Positions 46,061 through 54,671 of a stretch of DNA of 64,000 nt are shown piece by piece. The position numbers and the translations under genes are program-made. Every line of letters begins with the position of its first letter. Positions within the stretch are counted from its first letter, which is position 1. Where the stretch lies: assembly GCA_964504365.1 (NCBI GenBank), contig CAZDDW010000004.1:14214-78213 (forward strand), written 5' to 3'. The notes under the pieces are model-generated. The model made no database searches. It had not been told where the DNA came from and saw only the letters and a list, made by a program, of their open reading frames with translations. The stretch is from an uncultured Gammaproteobacteria bacterium (GTDB lineage: Bacteria; Patescibacteriota; Patescibacteriia; UBA9934; CAZDDW01).

Positions 46061-46543
46061 TTAAGAGTTGTGAGTCTTTTGGTGGGGTTGGAAGCGGGCG
46101 ATTAAGAACCAGACCACACCTGCAATAATAACCAGGTCGGATAGGTTGATTGCTGAACGACCAAAGAAGATCAAATAGTCGATTACATATCCGTGGACCA
46201 GGCGATCATACAGATTGCCTAGGGCACCAATAATGATCAGGGCTGAGGCGCCGGTGTACCAAGCGTGTTTGCGATAGGCTTGTAGAAAGATCCAACAGAA
46301 GAACAAGATTAATCCGATCGAGAGCCCAACAATTATATCTCCACCAACAGGGGTGTCAAAAGCAATACCAAAGTTTTTATGTACTCCGAGCTGGAATATA
46401 TTTGGAATCACAAAGCTCCCTTCTGCGGGGAGCTTTTCTAGGGCGATTATTTTTAAGATTTCATCAAGAACAACCAGGAGTGCGGAAATAGTGATGATTA
46501 ACCAGGTTCGCTTCACACTTCTTGAGTCAAGGTCTTTTTGCAT
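46061..46543 (-). CDS. lspA: lipoprotein signal peptidase II
   Basis: 4-TM protein with conserved NxGxAF (NFGIAFD) and GALGNLYDRL...GYVIDY motifs. Confidence 0.8.
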   Translation of the reverse strand: MQKDLDSRSVKRTWLIITISALLVVLDEILKIIALEKLPAEGSFVIPNIFQLGVHKNFGIAFDTPVGGDIIVGLSIGLILFFCWIFLQAYRKHAWYTGASALIIIGALGNLYDRLVHGYVIDYLIFFGRSAINLSDLVIIAGVVWFLIARFQPHQKTHNS

Positions 46544-46845
46544 TTAATACAAGCTGACGAAGTTGGCCGCGCTTCAAGTCGTTGCTCATCAATCTCGTCT
46601 TTACAATACTTACAAACACCATAAGCACCTTTCTCAATTGTAGCCAGAGCAGCTTCAGCATCGCGTAATGACTTTTTTAAGGCATCCTCTAATGATAATT
46701 TGTCACTGTATTGGGCCACCTCGTATGCATTTTCCCCTTCTTCGTCACCAACATCTTCAAAATTAGTACGAGACAACTCTCCTTCTAGCCGCTCTTTATC
46801 AGCCTGAAGTCGTTCTTTCATTTTTTCTAGGAAATCTGGATTCAT
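46513..46845 (-). CDS. DksA/TraR-family C4 zinc-finger protein
   Basis: coiled-coil N-region and C-terminal CKYCKDEI...(17)...CIKCK zinc finger. Confidence 0.75.
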   Translation of the reverse strand: MNPDFLEKMKERLQADKERLEGELSRTNFEDVGDEEGENAYEVAQYSDKLSLEDALKKSLRDAEAALATIEKGAYGVCKYCKDEIDEQRLEARPTSSACIKCKKTLTQEV

Positions 46846-46849
46846 ATAT

Positions 46850-47460
46850 TTGGCGATTCTTATATCTAGAGTATAGGTTAAATTATTCTACTTGGGAAGA
46901 CCCATTCTGTCAAGATATAAGTTTTTAGGCAAACAGAAAAGGGGCATTGCCGCTATATATATAATTTCAAACGGTGCCCCTAAGAGGGACCCGAGTCGCC
47001 CTTGCGGGCACCGGCACTGAAGACAAGTGTTTGTCTGCACTGCTGGTACCCGTTCGGTGTCTCAAAGATCCAAGATTGGACTTGCTACACTACCTTCTTA
47101 TGGTCTTGCCTGCGGATGGCTGCTATAGCCATATAATTGCCGGCTGACCTAGATGTTTGCTTTTGTTTTTGTTTTTGTGACGTGCTATCAAGAGAGTAGC
47201 GTAGTGGGGTGTTTCCCGAAAGAAAGCTCAAAGAGCCGTGGGGACCTTCGGAAAACCTCCCTGTATCCAGGGTGTTTAAAAGAACTACTTGATCGTGTTT
47301 ATAGTTTACCATATTTTAAGCCCAAAGTCAATTCTTGATTATTGACTAAAACTAAATAAAAAATAGACTGTTGATAATGTCTGGTACCGAGCTGTGGGTA
47401 ATTTTTGTGTTCAGTTATCCCCTGAAAAACGGGTTTTTCCCATACTTATCCACAGTTTTG
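46850..47460. ncRNA. about 600-bp ORF-poor, hairpin-rich intergenic region; candidate structured ncRNA(s), identity unresolved
   Basis: nested stems GGTGCCC...GGGCACC (46975-47020), GACAAgtgtTTGTC, CCGAA...TTCGG / CCCTGtatcCAGGG (47215-47275), (TTTTTG)3 tract at 47157-47178; no convincing protein-coding ORF. Confidence 0.3.
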
Positions 47461-48696
47461 TTAAAAACAAGCACGAAAAGTGTTCATATTACCTTCTTTG
47501 TCCAAACCTACCTGGACAAAGCGATTGAATGATTCAATGGGGCTGTTGATGTTGGTGTGTTTCGAGTTCAGGACCTGTAAGAGCGTTAGAAGGTTAACTG
47601 GGTCAATGGTCATGGTTGGTTTGGTAATGCATTCTGTGCTTGCATCAGTGCTGATGCTTTGGAATGGCCCATTTTCAGACTCTGAAGTAATCACAAATAA
47701 AGTTGTGTTGCTTTCTGACATGGTTGTCAAACGATTACTACTCAGAATAGTTGCGTTTCCTAAGGTTGATTCTGATATTTGAATCGATCCGGTGTTTGAA
47801 ATTATTTCTGCTAGTCTAGTGTTATCATCCAGGGTCTTTATCGCTAGATCAGGTTCACTGTATGAAGCTAAGTATTGATGTAGTTGCTTTAGCTCATCAT
47901 TAGGGATTTGGTAGTTAACTGATAAGCTTATTCTCTGCGAATTGGTTTCTTGATTAAGCATAAATACAATTTGGCCACCGTTTGATTGCAAATAATTAAG
48001 TAATGGGGCTGGAACCGAGTTTAAATAGGTGGGCACTTGCGCACCAGCAGAGATTTCTGCGGCCAGAACAGAGTCATGTGGAATAAGGTTGGGTAATGTT
48101 GAGGACTCAAATTTTCCAAGTTTAATATTGAATCCTTGCCCCGTGAGCTTAATTGGAGAAGCACCTGTCTCGTCTTGGTTAACTTCAGTGAGTTGTCCTA
48201 TTGTTCTGGGGTTGATTCGGTTAATCAAGCTTAATTTGTGCTTATAATTTGTTGTTTCATCAATATTTATGTTGATGGTTGTGGTGCTTGAGCTTGGCTC
48301 ATTAACGACAAGTCCATGGGTAAGTAGTGCTTGTTTAACATTTTTAGGCAATTCTCCGTGAAATGCCAGCGATCGATCCCCATTTTTTTGAATAAATATT
48401 GATAATTCACCACGCACGTGTGGGGCGATGGATTGTAAAGATAGGCTGCTGTTAAGTATGGGGGCATGAGAAAAACGATCTAGTAGAACAGGCCAAGTAT
48501 TTTTTGTGGGAGTTAAGTGAATTATGGCTTTGGTGTTTTGTGGGGCATATGCAGCCAAAGTGTCTCTTGTAAACCAGTTATGGATAAGCATACATCCAAG
48601 CAACAACAAAACAACAAAACCAACCATATTCCAAACAGCTCGCCGTTTATGGCGAGCTGTTGTTCTACTATGTAATGGAATGTTTAATCGAGTCAT
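47461..48696 (-). CDS. hypothetical membrane-anchored Ser/Thr/Asn-rich protein (411 aa)
   Basis: N-terminal TM anchor VGFVVLLLLGCMLI; start overlaps pnp stop by 1 nt (operon); no recognisable domain. Confidence 0.5.
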   Translation of the reverse strand: MTRLNIPLHSRTTARHKRRAVWNMVGFVVLLLLGCMLIHNWFTRDTLAAYAPQNTKAIIHLTPTKNTWPVLLDRFSHAPILNSSLSLQSIAPHVRGELSIFIQKNGDRSLAFHGELPKNVKQALLTHGLVVNEPSSSTTTININIDETTNYKHKLSLINRINPRTIGQLTEVNQDETGASPIKLTGQGFNIKLGKFESSTLPNLIPHDSVLAAEISAGAQVPTYLNSVPAPLLNYLQSNGGQIVFMLNQETNSQRISLSVNYQIPNDELKQLHQYLASYSEPDLAIKTLDDNTRLAEIISNTGSIQISESTLGNATILSSNRLTTMSESNTTLFVITSESENGPFQSISTDASTECITKPTMTIDPVNLLTLLQVLNSKHTNINSPIESFNRFVQVGLDKEGNMNTFRACF

Positions 48697-50978
48697 TATC
48701 TCTGATTATTTCGTGGAGGTCTTGATCCGCCACTTCGATTGTTATCACGCCGCGGCTTATCAAAGGACCGTGAGCGGTCTTGTTTTGGGCGTTCAGGATA
48801 AACATTACCAGGAGCTTGTTTCATAGACAGATTAACTCGGCCCATGTTATCAATCTCCATTACCTTAACAGACACCTCATCACCTAGATTAACAATATCA
48901 GTTACTTTGTCAACGTGCCATGGTGCCAGTTCTGAAACGTGTACCATGCCGTCCTTCTTAGGCAGGAGCTCAACAAAAGCACCGAAGTCCATGATTCGAA
49001 CCACTTTACCCTTGAAGATTTCACCAACGGCGATTTCTCTGGTCAGGTTTTTGATCATGGCCAAAGCTTTCTCTGCTGGCTCGCCACCGACTGAGGTGAT
49101 CATGATTAATCCACTATCTTCAATGTCAATTGCTTGTACACCAGTGGTTTCAATAATCTCATTAATAATCTTTCCACCAGGACCAATTACGTCACCGATA
49201 TTTTCTGGATTGATCTTGTGTGTGATAATTCGCGGAGCATACGGAGACATTTCCTTACGTGGTTCAGCGATTGCCTTTGCTATTCCATCAAGGATATCTT
49301 GACGACCTTGCTTGGACTGCTTGAAAGTCTCTTCAACAATGTCGTGCGTAAGACCGTGAGTCTTGGTGTCCATTTGGATTGCAGTAATACCATCCTTTGT
49401 TCCAGTGATTTTGAAATCCATTCCACCAGGACCATCTTCAAGGTCTTGGATATCAGTTATTACTTTCCAGTTACCTTTGTCATCACCAGCCAATCCCATA
49501 GCAACACCAGCCACTGGGTTTTTGATCGGCACACCAGCATCCATCAGTGCCAAAGTAGACGCACATGTAGAAGCCATTGAACTAGATCCGTTTGATTCAA
49601 ACACTTCAGAAACAACACGGATCGCATATGGAAATTCTTCTTTTTCAGGAATCATTGCTGCCAAAGCTTTTTCGGCCAGCGCCCCATGACCAATGTCTCG
49701 TCGTCCAGGACCACGCATGAACTTGGCTTCACCAACAGAGAAAGGAGGGAAGTTGTAGTGGTGCATGTAGCGCTTGGTGCCCATGGTTTCCATGCCATCC
49801 AAAGTCTGTTCATCACCAGGCGAGCCAAGGGTTACTATAGACATGACCTGAGTCTCTCCGCGTTTGAAGTGACCTGAACCATGAACTCGTGGCAGTACAC
49901 CAACTTCATTGACCAGGGTCCGTACTTCAGTCAACTTACGACCATCAACCCGTTTACCTTCTTGAACAATGGCTCGTGACACCTCGGCTTCAATTAATTC
50001 ATAAACTAAACCGCGACCATAACCAAGATATTCCTCATCAATCTCCTTTTCAATTAGGTGTTCAGCAAGCTCATCTTTGATCTGGGCCATAGCAGCCAAG
50101 CGCTCTTTTTTAGCAGCCTTTGGTTTAGAGAAGTAGTATTCTTTGGTTTTTTCAGCTACAAAAGTTTTAGCTAAATCATGCACTTTATCTCGGGTTTCTT
50201 TGGCCGCCTTTTCCTCATCTGTTTTAGGTGACATGACATCAATCTTTTCTGATCCAGCCTTAGTGCGCACCTCTTCCATTAGGTCGATTACTTTCTTTAA
50301 ATGCTTGCGTCCGAAAGCAAAGGCATCAACAACAGTGTCTTCGCTAACTTCTTTTGCGTCAGCTTCGACCATTAAGATTTTTTCTGCGGTTCCAGAAAAA
50401 GCCAGGTCAAGTACAGATTTCTTTCGTGCCTCATATGATGGATTGATCACCCATTCGCCATCGATCTGTCCAACTCGGATGCCACCAAGCGGACCATTCC
50501 AAGGGATATCAGACATGTGTAATACACAAGAGGCACCAATAATGGCTAGGATGTCTGGATCATTCTCTCCGTCAAAAGAGAGCACAGTCAGAACTACCTG
50601 AACCTCGTTACGCATTTCTTGGTCAAACAGTGGGCGAATACCGCGGTCAATTGAACGACCAACCAATACCGCTTCATCAGTGGCTCGGCCCTCACGTTTC
50701 ATAAAACGCGAACCTTTGATACGTCCAGCAGCGTACAGCTTTTCTTCGTATTCAATCATTAGTGGAAAGAAATCAATTCCTTCGCGTTTTTGTTTGCTCA
50801 TTACGGCCGTAGCCAAAAGAACGGTCTCCCCGTACTGAATAGTACAAGCAGCATTTGCTTGAGCGGCATATTTGCCAGTCTCAATGATCAGGGGTTTGCC
50901 ACCCCACTCGATCTCAAATCTTTGTATGTCAGACATAGTGTGATTTGTGTGGTCACACAGAGGCTCAAGACCCTTCAA
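48696..50978 (-). CDS. pnp: polyribonucleotide nucleotidyltransferase (PNPase) with Arg/Gly-rich C-terminal tail
   Basis: two RNase PH domains, KH and S1 domains (GEIFKGKVVRIMDFGAFVEL...); 760 aa. Confidence 0.95.
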   Translation of the reverse strand: MKGLEPLCDHTNHTMSDIQRFEIEWGGKPLIIETGKYAAQANAACTIQYGETVLLATAVMSKQKREGIDFFPLMIEYEEKLYAAGRIKGSRFMKREGRATDEAVLVGRSIDRGIRPLFDQEMRNEVQVVLTVLSFDGENDPDILAIIGASCVLHMSDIPWNGPLGGIRVGQIDGEWVINPSYEARKKSVLDLAFSGTAEKILMVEADAKEVSEDTVVDAFAFGRKHLKKVIDLMEEVRTKAGSEKIDVMSPKTDEEKAAKETRDKVHDLAKTFVAEKTKEYYFSKPKAAKKERLAAMAQIKDELAEHLIEKEIDEEYLGYGRGLVYELIEAEVSRAIVQEGKRVDGRKLTEVRTLVNEVGVLPRVHGSGHFKRGETQVMSIVTLGSPGDEQTLDGMETMGTKRYMHHYNFPPFSVGEAKFMRGPGRRDIGHGALAEKALAAMIPEKEEFPYAIRVVSEVFESNGSSSMASTCASTLALMDAGVPIKNPVAGVAMGLAGDDKGNWKVITDIQDLEDGPGGMDFKITGTKDGITAIQMDTKTHGLTHDIVEETFKQSKQGRQDILDGIAKAIAEPRKEMSPYAPRIITHKINPENIGDVIGPGGKIINEIIETTGVQAIDIEDSGLIMITSVGGEPAEKALAMIKNLTREIAVGEIFKGKVVRIMDFGAFVELLPKKDGMVHVSELAPWHVDKVTDIVNLGDEVSVKVMEIDNMGRVNLSMKQAPGNVYPERPKQDRSRSFDKPRRDNNRSGGSRPPRNNQR

Positions 50979-51022
50979 AGGATCTCATTGTCTCCATGCG
51001 ACCGGAATTAGTTATTAATTAT

Positions 51023-51607
51023 TTATTTTTTTGTTCTTGGTTTTTTAGATTTTGTTTTTCTCTGTGTAACAATCAAGTAGCGCCGCTTGTTTTCTGATAG
51101 GTTGGTATATTTGTCGACCGCTTCGATCAGACGTGAAGAAGTTGTTTCACGAAAAGCTGACACTTCAACTATGCGACCGCGATTTTTCATGTACTCAACC
51201 AATGGAATAAAGTCTCCATCTCCTGAAACCAAGACGACCACGTCGACCATGTCTAGCATCTTGATTGCGTCAACTGCAATCCCCACGTCCCAATCTGCTT
51301 TTTTCAAACCAGACGCGTACTCCATCAGCTCTTTTTCCTTGGTCTCGATTCCAAGATTTTTTAAGGCCTCGAAAAAAGGAGTTTCTTCACCAGTCTTAGT
51401 GCTCACCACATAAGCGATGGCGCGAACCAATTTACGGTCACCAACTGCGTCTTTAACAATGTTTCCAAAATTGACCTTGCGGTTAAAAACATTGCGGGCT
51501 GAATAGTACATGTTTTGGGTGTCGATGAAGACAGCGACACGCTGGTCAGGACGAGAGATCATATTTTTGTTTTTATATGTCAGAACCCGCCTCAAAGAGG
51601 CGGGCAA
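51023..51607 (-). CDS. NYN-domain (LabA/DUF88-like PIN-fold) protein
   Basis: VAVFIDTQNMYYS...VVLVSGDGDFIPLV pattern of NYN/LabA nucleases; sits between rpsO and pnp. Confidence 0.75.
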   Translation of the reverse strand: MPASLRRVLTYKNKNMISRPDQRVAVFIDTQNMYYSARNVFNRKVNFGNIVKDAVGDRKLVRAIAYVVSTKTGEETPFFEALKNLGIETKEKELMEYASGLKKADWDVGIAVDAIKMLDMVDVVVLVSGDGDFIPLVEYMKNRGRIVEVSAFRETTSSRLIEAVDKYTNLSENKRRYLIVTQRKTKSKKPRTKK

Positions 51608-51613
51608 TAAACA

Positions 51614-51889
51614 TTATTTCAATTTCAAGGCCTCTTTTAACTTGGTATACGCTTTTTCATCTTCTCGTTCCAAGTATTTAAGAAGGCGACGTCGCTCTGA
51701 AACCTTTTTAATCAGTCCTCGGCGACTTGAGAAGTCTTTTTTGTGCTCTTTCAAGTGTTTGGTCAGATCAATAACCTCAGCGGTTAGAATAGCGATCTGT
51801 ACTTGAGGAGAACCAGTGTCAGACTCGTGAGTCCGATACTTCTCAATAATCCTCTGCTTCTTTTTTGCAGTAAGCATACTGTGTGACAC
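51614..51889 (-). CDS. rpsO: 30S ribosomal protein S15
   Basis: ...HESDTGSPQVQIAILTAEVIDLTKHLKEHKKDFSSRRGLIKKVSERRRLLKYL... canonical S15. Confidence 0.9.
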   Translation of the reverse strand: MSHSMLTAKKKQRIIEKYRTHESDTGSPQVQIAILTAEVIDLTKHLKEHKKDFSSRRGLIKKVSERRRLLKYLEREDEKAYTKLKEALKLK

Positions 51890-52021
51890 GCAGACCCTAG
51901 AAAACGGAGCTTAAACCACGATCCAAGATATACGTCATTAATTCTTAATACGTCGCTTAATATAGCAGAGCATTGATATTGTGTCAAATATATAAGGCAA
52001 CTAAAAACCGCGAGAGTTACG

Positions 52022-52066
52022 TCCTCTCGCGGCGTGGTTGCTCTACGGTCAGTCTAGCGCAGGTTG
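52022..52066 (-). terminator. intrinsic terminator after island-4 ORF (CCGCGAGAG/CTCTCGCGG + TTTTTAGTTG), followed by TTGACA
   Basis: minus strand cgCCGCGAGAGgacgtaaCTCTCGCGGtttttagttgcc...tttgacacaa. Confidence 0.6.
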
Positions 52067-52068
52067 AG

Positions 52069-53316
52069 CTAGAGGCGCATCGGTCCATTCGGACCGATGA
52101 TGATCGGGCCACCCTCACCCGGGCCGCCGAATCCGGCGAGAGCCTCGGCCAGTTCCGGGGGCATGGAGCCGAGCGCCTCGGCCATGCCAGCGGACATGTC
52201 ACCACCCAATCGGGCTTCCCAGGTCTTGCGGGCCTCGGCCGGAGCCTCGGCGTAGCGTTGCTCTTGGTCATCCTTGTCCAGGGCCATGTCGATGGTCAGC
52301 ATCTGCTGCAGGGCGTGGATGCCCTGTTCTGGCGAAAAGCCGTAGCGCTCCATGAGATCCATGATCATCAGGAGGCCATTGATCACGTTCTCCAGTCGCT
52401 TGCCATTGCCGTGGCTGATGGAGCCGTGCGGCAGCGGGTAGCAGTTTTCGGCCAGGCACTGCTCGAAGCCGAATCCCTCGCCGTCGAAGCCTTCGGGAAG
52501 CTGGAACTCGCGCACGGCTGCCATCAGCACCGCGGTATCCGCGGGCATGGTGACCTTGGTCAAGTCTTCGCGCAGCGGCGCGATCATCTCGTCGCCGAGC
52601 GCCTTGGTCAAGGTGACCAGGTTCCGTTCGGCCTGAGCACCTGTTATCGAGCCGTAGCTCTGGTCGCCGATGAGGATCTGGACGCGACTGAAGCCGACCA
52701 GGCTCAGCAGCGGATCCTTGATGGCCTCCAGGCGCGGCGCGCTCATGGCGGCCTGTTCGCGCAGGTGTGCGTTGAGCGTGTCCGTCCGCTGCCGCTCCTC
52801 CGCGGCCTTGCGGCGGTCCTGCAGCGCATGCGCATCCAGGGCCAGGTCTGCGGCCATGAGCAGCTTGAAGCCGTGGATGCTCTGCTCGGGCGAGATCACG
52901 CCACCCTCGGCCGCCTCGGCCAGCTGTAGCCAGGCCGTGCTCAGGTGCTCGACCGGGATGCGGCCGCCGGGATGGTCCAGGAGACCGTGAGGGATCGGGT
53001 TGCTGCAGTCGCATGGGATGAAGTCGAAGCCTTTGCCATCGAAGCTGTCGGGTAGCTCGATCGCGTTCAGAGCCAGAGCTACTGCTGTGGCGTCTGCGGC
53101 CAAACCGTCGAAGTTGTCGACGGTCGCGCGCGCCTCGGTCAGCATCTCGGTGGTGACGTTGAACTGCGTCATGTGTTCCTCGACTTCGTCCAGGATCGCG
53201 TGCGCTTCGACCTTGTGCGCACCCTTGGCACTGTCACCGGGCACCAACACGACCAGGCGCTTCAGCCCGGCCAACTTGAACATCGGGTCGTTCCCGATCG
53301 TTTCGATTCTCAGCAT
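52069..53316 (-). CDS. hypothetical protein (415 aa) with internal tandem duplication, GC-rich island 4
   Basis: about 65% GC ORF; two homologous halves (LPDSFDGKGFDFIPCDCSNPIPHGLLDHPGG...EQSIHGFKLLMAADLALD vs LPEGFDGEGFGFEQCLAENCYPLPHGSISHGNG...EQGIHALQQMLTIDMALD); Gly/Pro-rich C-terminus. Confidence 0.5.
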   Translation of the reverse strand: MLRIETIGNDPMFKLAGLKRLVVLVPGDSAKGAHKVEAHAILDEVEEHMTQFNVTTEMLTEARATVDNFDGLAADATAVALALNAIELPDSFDGKGFDFIPCDCSNPIPHGLLDHPGGRIPVEHLSTAWLQLAEAAEGGVISPEQSIHGFKLLMAADLALDAHALQDRRKAAEERQRTDTLNAHLREQAAMSAPRLEAIKDPLLSLVGFSRVQILIGDQSYGSITGAQAERNLVTLTKALGDEMIAPLREDLTKVTMPADTAVLMAAVREFQLPEGFDGEGFGFEQCLAENCYPLPHGSISHGNGKRLENVINGLLMIMDLMERYGFSPEQGIHALQQMLTIDMALDKDDQEQRYAEAPAEARKTWEARLGGDMSAGMAEALGSMPPELAEALAGFGGPGEGGPIIIGPNGPMRL

Positions 53317-53526
53317 TCTGCTTTCTCCATCGTTGTGTTCTGTTGCTTTGTTTTCCCTCCAAGCAACAAAACAGTTGTAGGTTCACGAGGGTAGAAAATA
53401 GACTAAATTAGCCTGCTTTCTGCCTTCGTGAACCATGAATTTAAAGAGCAGACAAGAAGAGAAAATATCATGGAAATTATTTTTTGTCAAGCCAAACACA
53501 AAACCCCGAATAAGCTCGGGGCTTTG

Positions 53527-53603
53527 TGGTACACCCGGTAGGACTCGAACCTACAACCTTGAGGTTAGAACCCTCCTGCTCTATCCGGTTGAGCTACGGG
53601 TGC
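53527..53603 (-). tRNA. tRNA-Arg (anticodon TCT), CCA encoded
   Basis: rc GCACCCGTAGCTCAACCGGATAGAGC...GGAGGGTTCTAACCTCA...GTAGGTTCGAGTCCTACCGGGTGTACCA; anticodon loop GTTCTAA (one non-WC pair at base of anticodon stem). Confidence 0.65.
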
Positions 53604-53638
53604 TTGGGTGGCAAAGATACCACTTTTTAGCCTAATTG

Positions 53639-54595
53639 TCAACCTTTCTTCCTGCCTTTGCCGTGAAATTTCTTGTGAATCGTTTTAAGCTGTTTATCCG
53701 TAATATGAGTGTAAATTTGAGTGGTGGTGATTGATGCGTGACCAAGCAGGTCTTGGACAGCTCGCACGTCAGCTCCAGCCATAAGCATGTCAGTAGCAAA
53801 GGTGTGGCGTAAGGTGTGTGGGGTGATCCGTTTGGTGATTCCTGCATCTTTTGCGTAGCGTTGAACTAGGCGTTCGATTGACCGAGGGGTTAGTGGACCA
53901 GATTCTTTGCGGCCCTTTTTTGCTCGGTCGTGTGAAACAAATAAGTATGCTGAGGTGTCAGCCCGCTTTGTTAGGTATTGCTTAACCCACTTCTTAGCCT
54001 CGTCTGACAAAAAGACCACTCGTGGCTTGTCACCCTTCCCACGAACCGTAAATTCGTCACGTTTTAGATTGACTTGCTCGATTTTTAAATTGGCCAGCTC
54101 TGATACACGCAGCCCGGTAGAGAACAACAGTTCTATAATAGCTCGATCGCGCAACTGAACTACAGACCAACCACCAGCTTCCATGTCCTTGCGACGATGT
54201 TTGTTCATTGGCGCGTTGAGTAATCGTTCTAGTTCGTCGTCTTCCAAGAACTCGACCGTACGCACCGGTTGTTTGGCTAGCTCGATCTGTTCCGGGGCCA
54301 GGCTTTGAATGTCACGTTTAGATAAGTATTTCAAAAAAGCACGCAAAGCAATCAAATGATAATTCTGCGTGTTCTTTTTTAGGTTTTCACCAGCGCGTCC
54401 TGGTAACGAACGATTCAGCCATAAACGATATTTACGAACCGATTCTTTTGTAATTTGTTTCGGTGTTGGATTTTTGGCCCACTCTGAAAAACGGCGTAAA
54501 TAAAAATCATAATTACGAATCGTCTTAGGTGAACGACCCTTTTCGATTTCAAGATGTTCGAGAAATTCAGTGATCAGTTTATTTGTGTTCGCCAT
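53639..54595 (-). CDS. XerC/XerD-family tyrosine site-specific recombinase
   Basis: N-terminal core-binding domain (FLEHLEIEKGRSPKTIRNYDFYLRRF), catalytic R...HxxR...Y (LGHASITTTQIYTHI); 318 aa. Confidence 0.85.
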   Translation of the reverse strand: MANTNKLITEFLEHLEIEKGRSPKTIRNYDFYLRRFSEWAKNPTPKQITKESVRKYRLWLNRSLPGRAGENLKKNTQNYHLIALRAFLKYLSKRDIQSLAPEQIELAKQPVRTVEFLEDDELERLLNAPMNKHRRKDMEAGGWSVVQLRDRAIIELLFSTGLRVSELANLKIEQVNLKRDEFTVRGKGDKPRVVFLSDEAKKWVKQYLTKRADTSAYLFVSHDRAKKGRKESGPLTPRSIERLVQRYAKDAGITKRITPHTLRHTFATDMLMAGADVRAVQDLLGHASITTTQIYTHITDKQLKTIHKKFHGKGRKKG

Positions 54596-54671
54596 ATCCT
54601 CCAGAGGTTATCTATTATATTATACGACACAAATCAAAAACACGGAAGCGTTTGCTGTCCGTGTTTTGTTT

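Noticed and set aside
47085-47338. Small ORFs 47085-47312 (-) and 47153-47338 (+) inside the gene-free region
   Set aside because: Low-complexity translations (KQKQKQ from the TTTTTG repeat); no start context; more likely non-coding.
46850-47460. Assigning the gene-free region to RNase P RNA or tmRNA
   Set aside because: I could not find the universally conserved P4 motifs or a tRNA-like TCCACCA 3' end by eye on either strand; left as an unclassified ncRNA candidate.
51973-53014. ORFs 51973-52929 (+) and 52268-53014 (-, alternate frame) overlapping the 415-aa island-4 gene
   Set aside because: Extremely Arg/Ala/Gly-rich low-complexity translations characteristic of off-frame reading of 65% GC DNA.
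53639-54595. Calling the tyrosine recombinase a phage integrase/prophage
   Set aside because: Size and N-terminal core-binding motifs match chromosomal XerC/XerD. No phage structural genes, transposases or att repeats are evident in the window.
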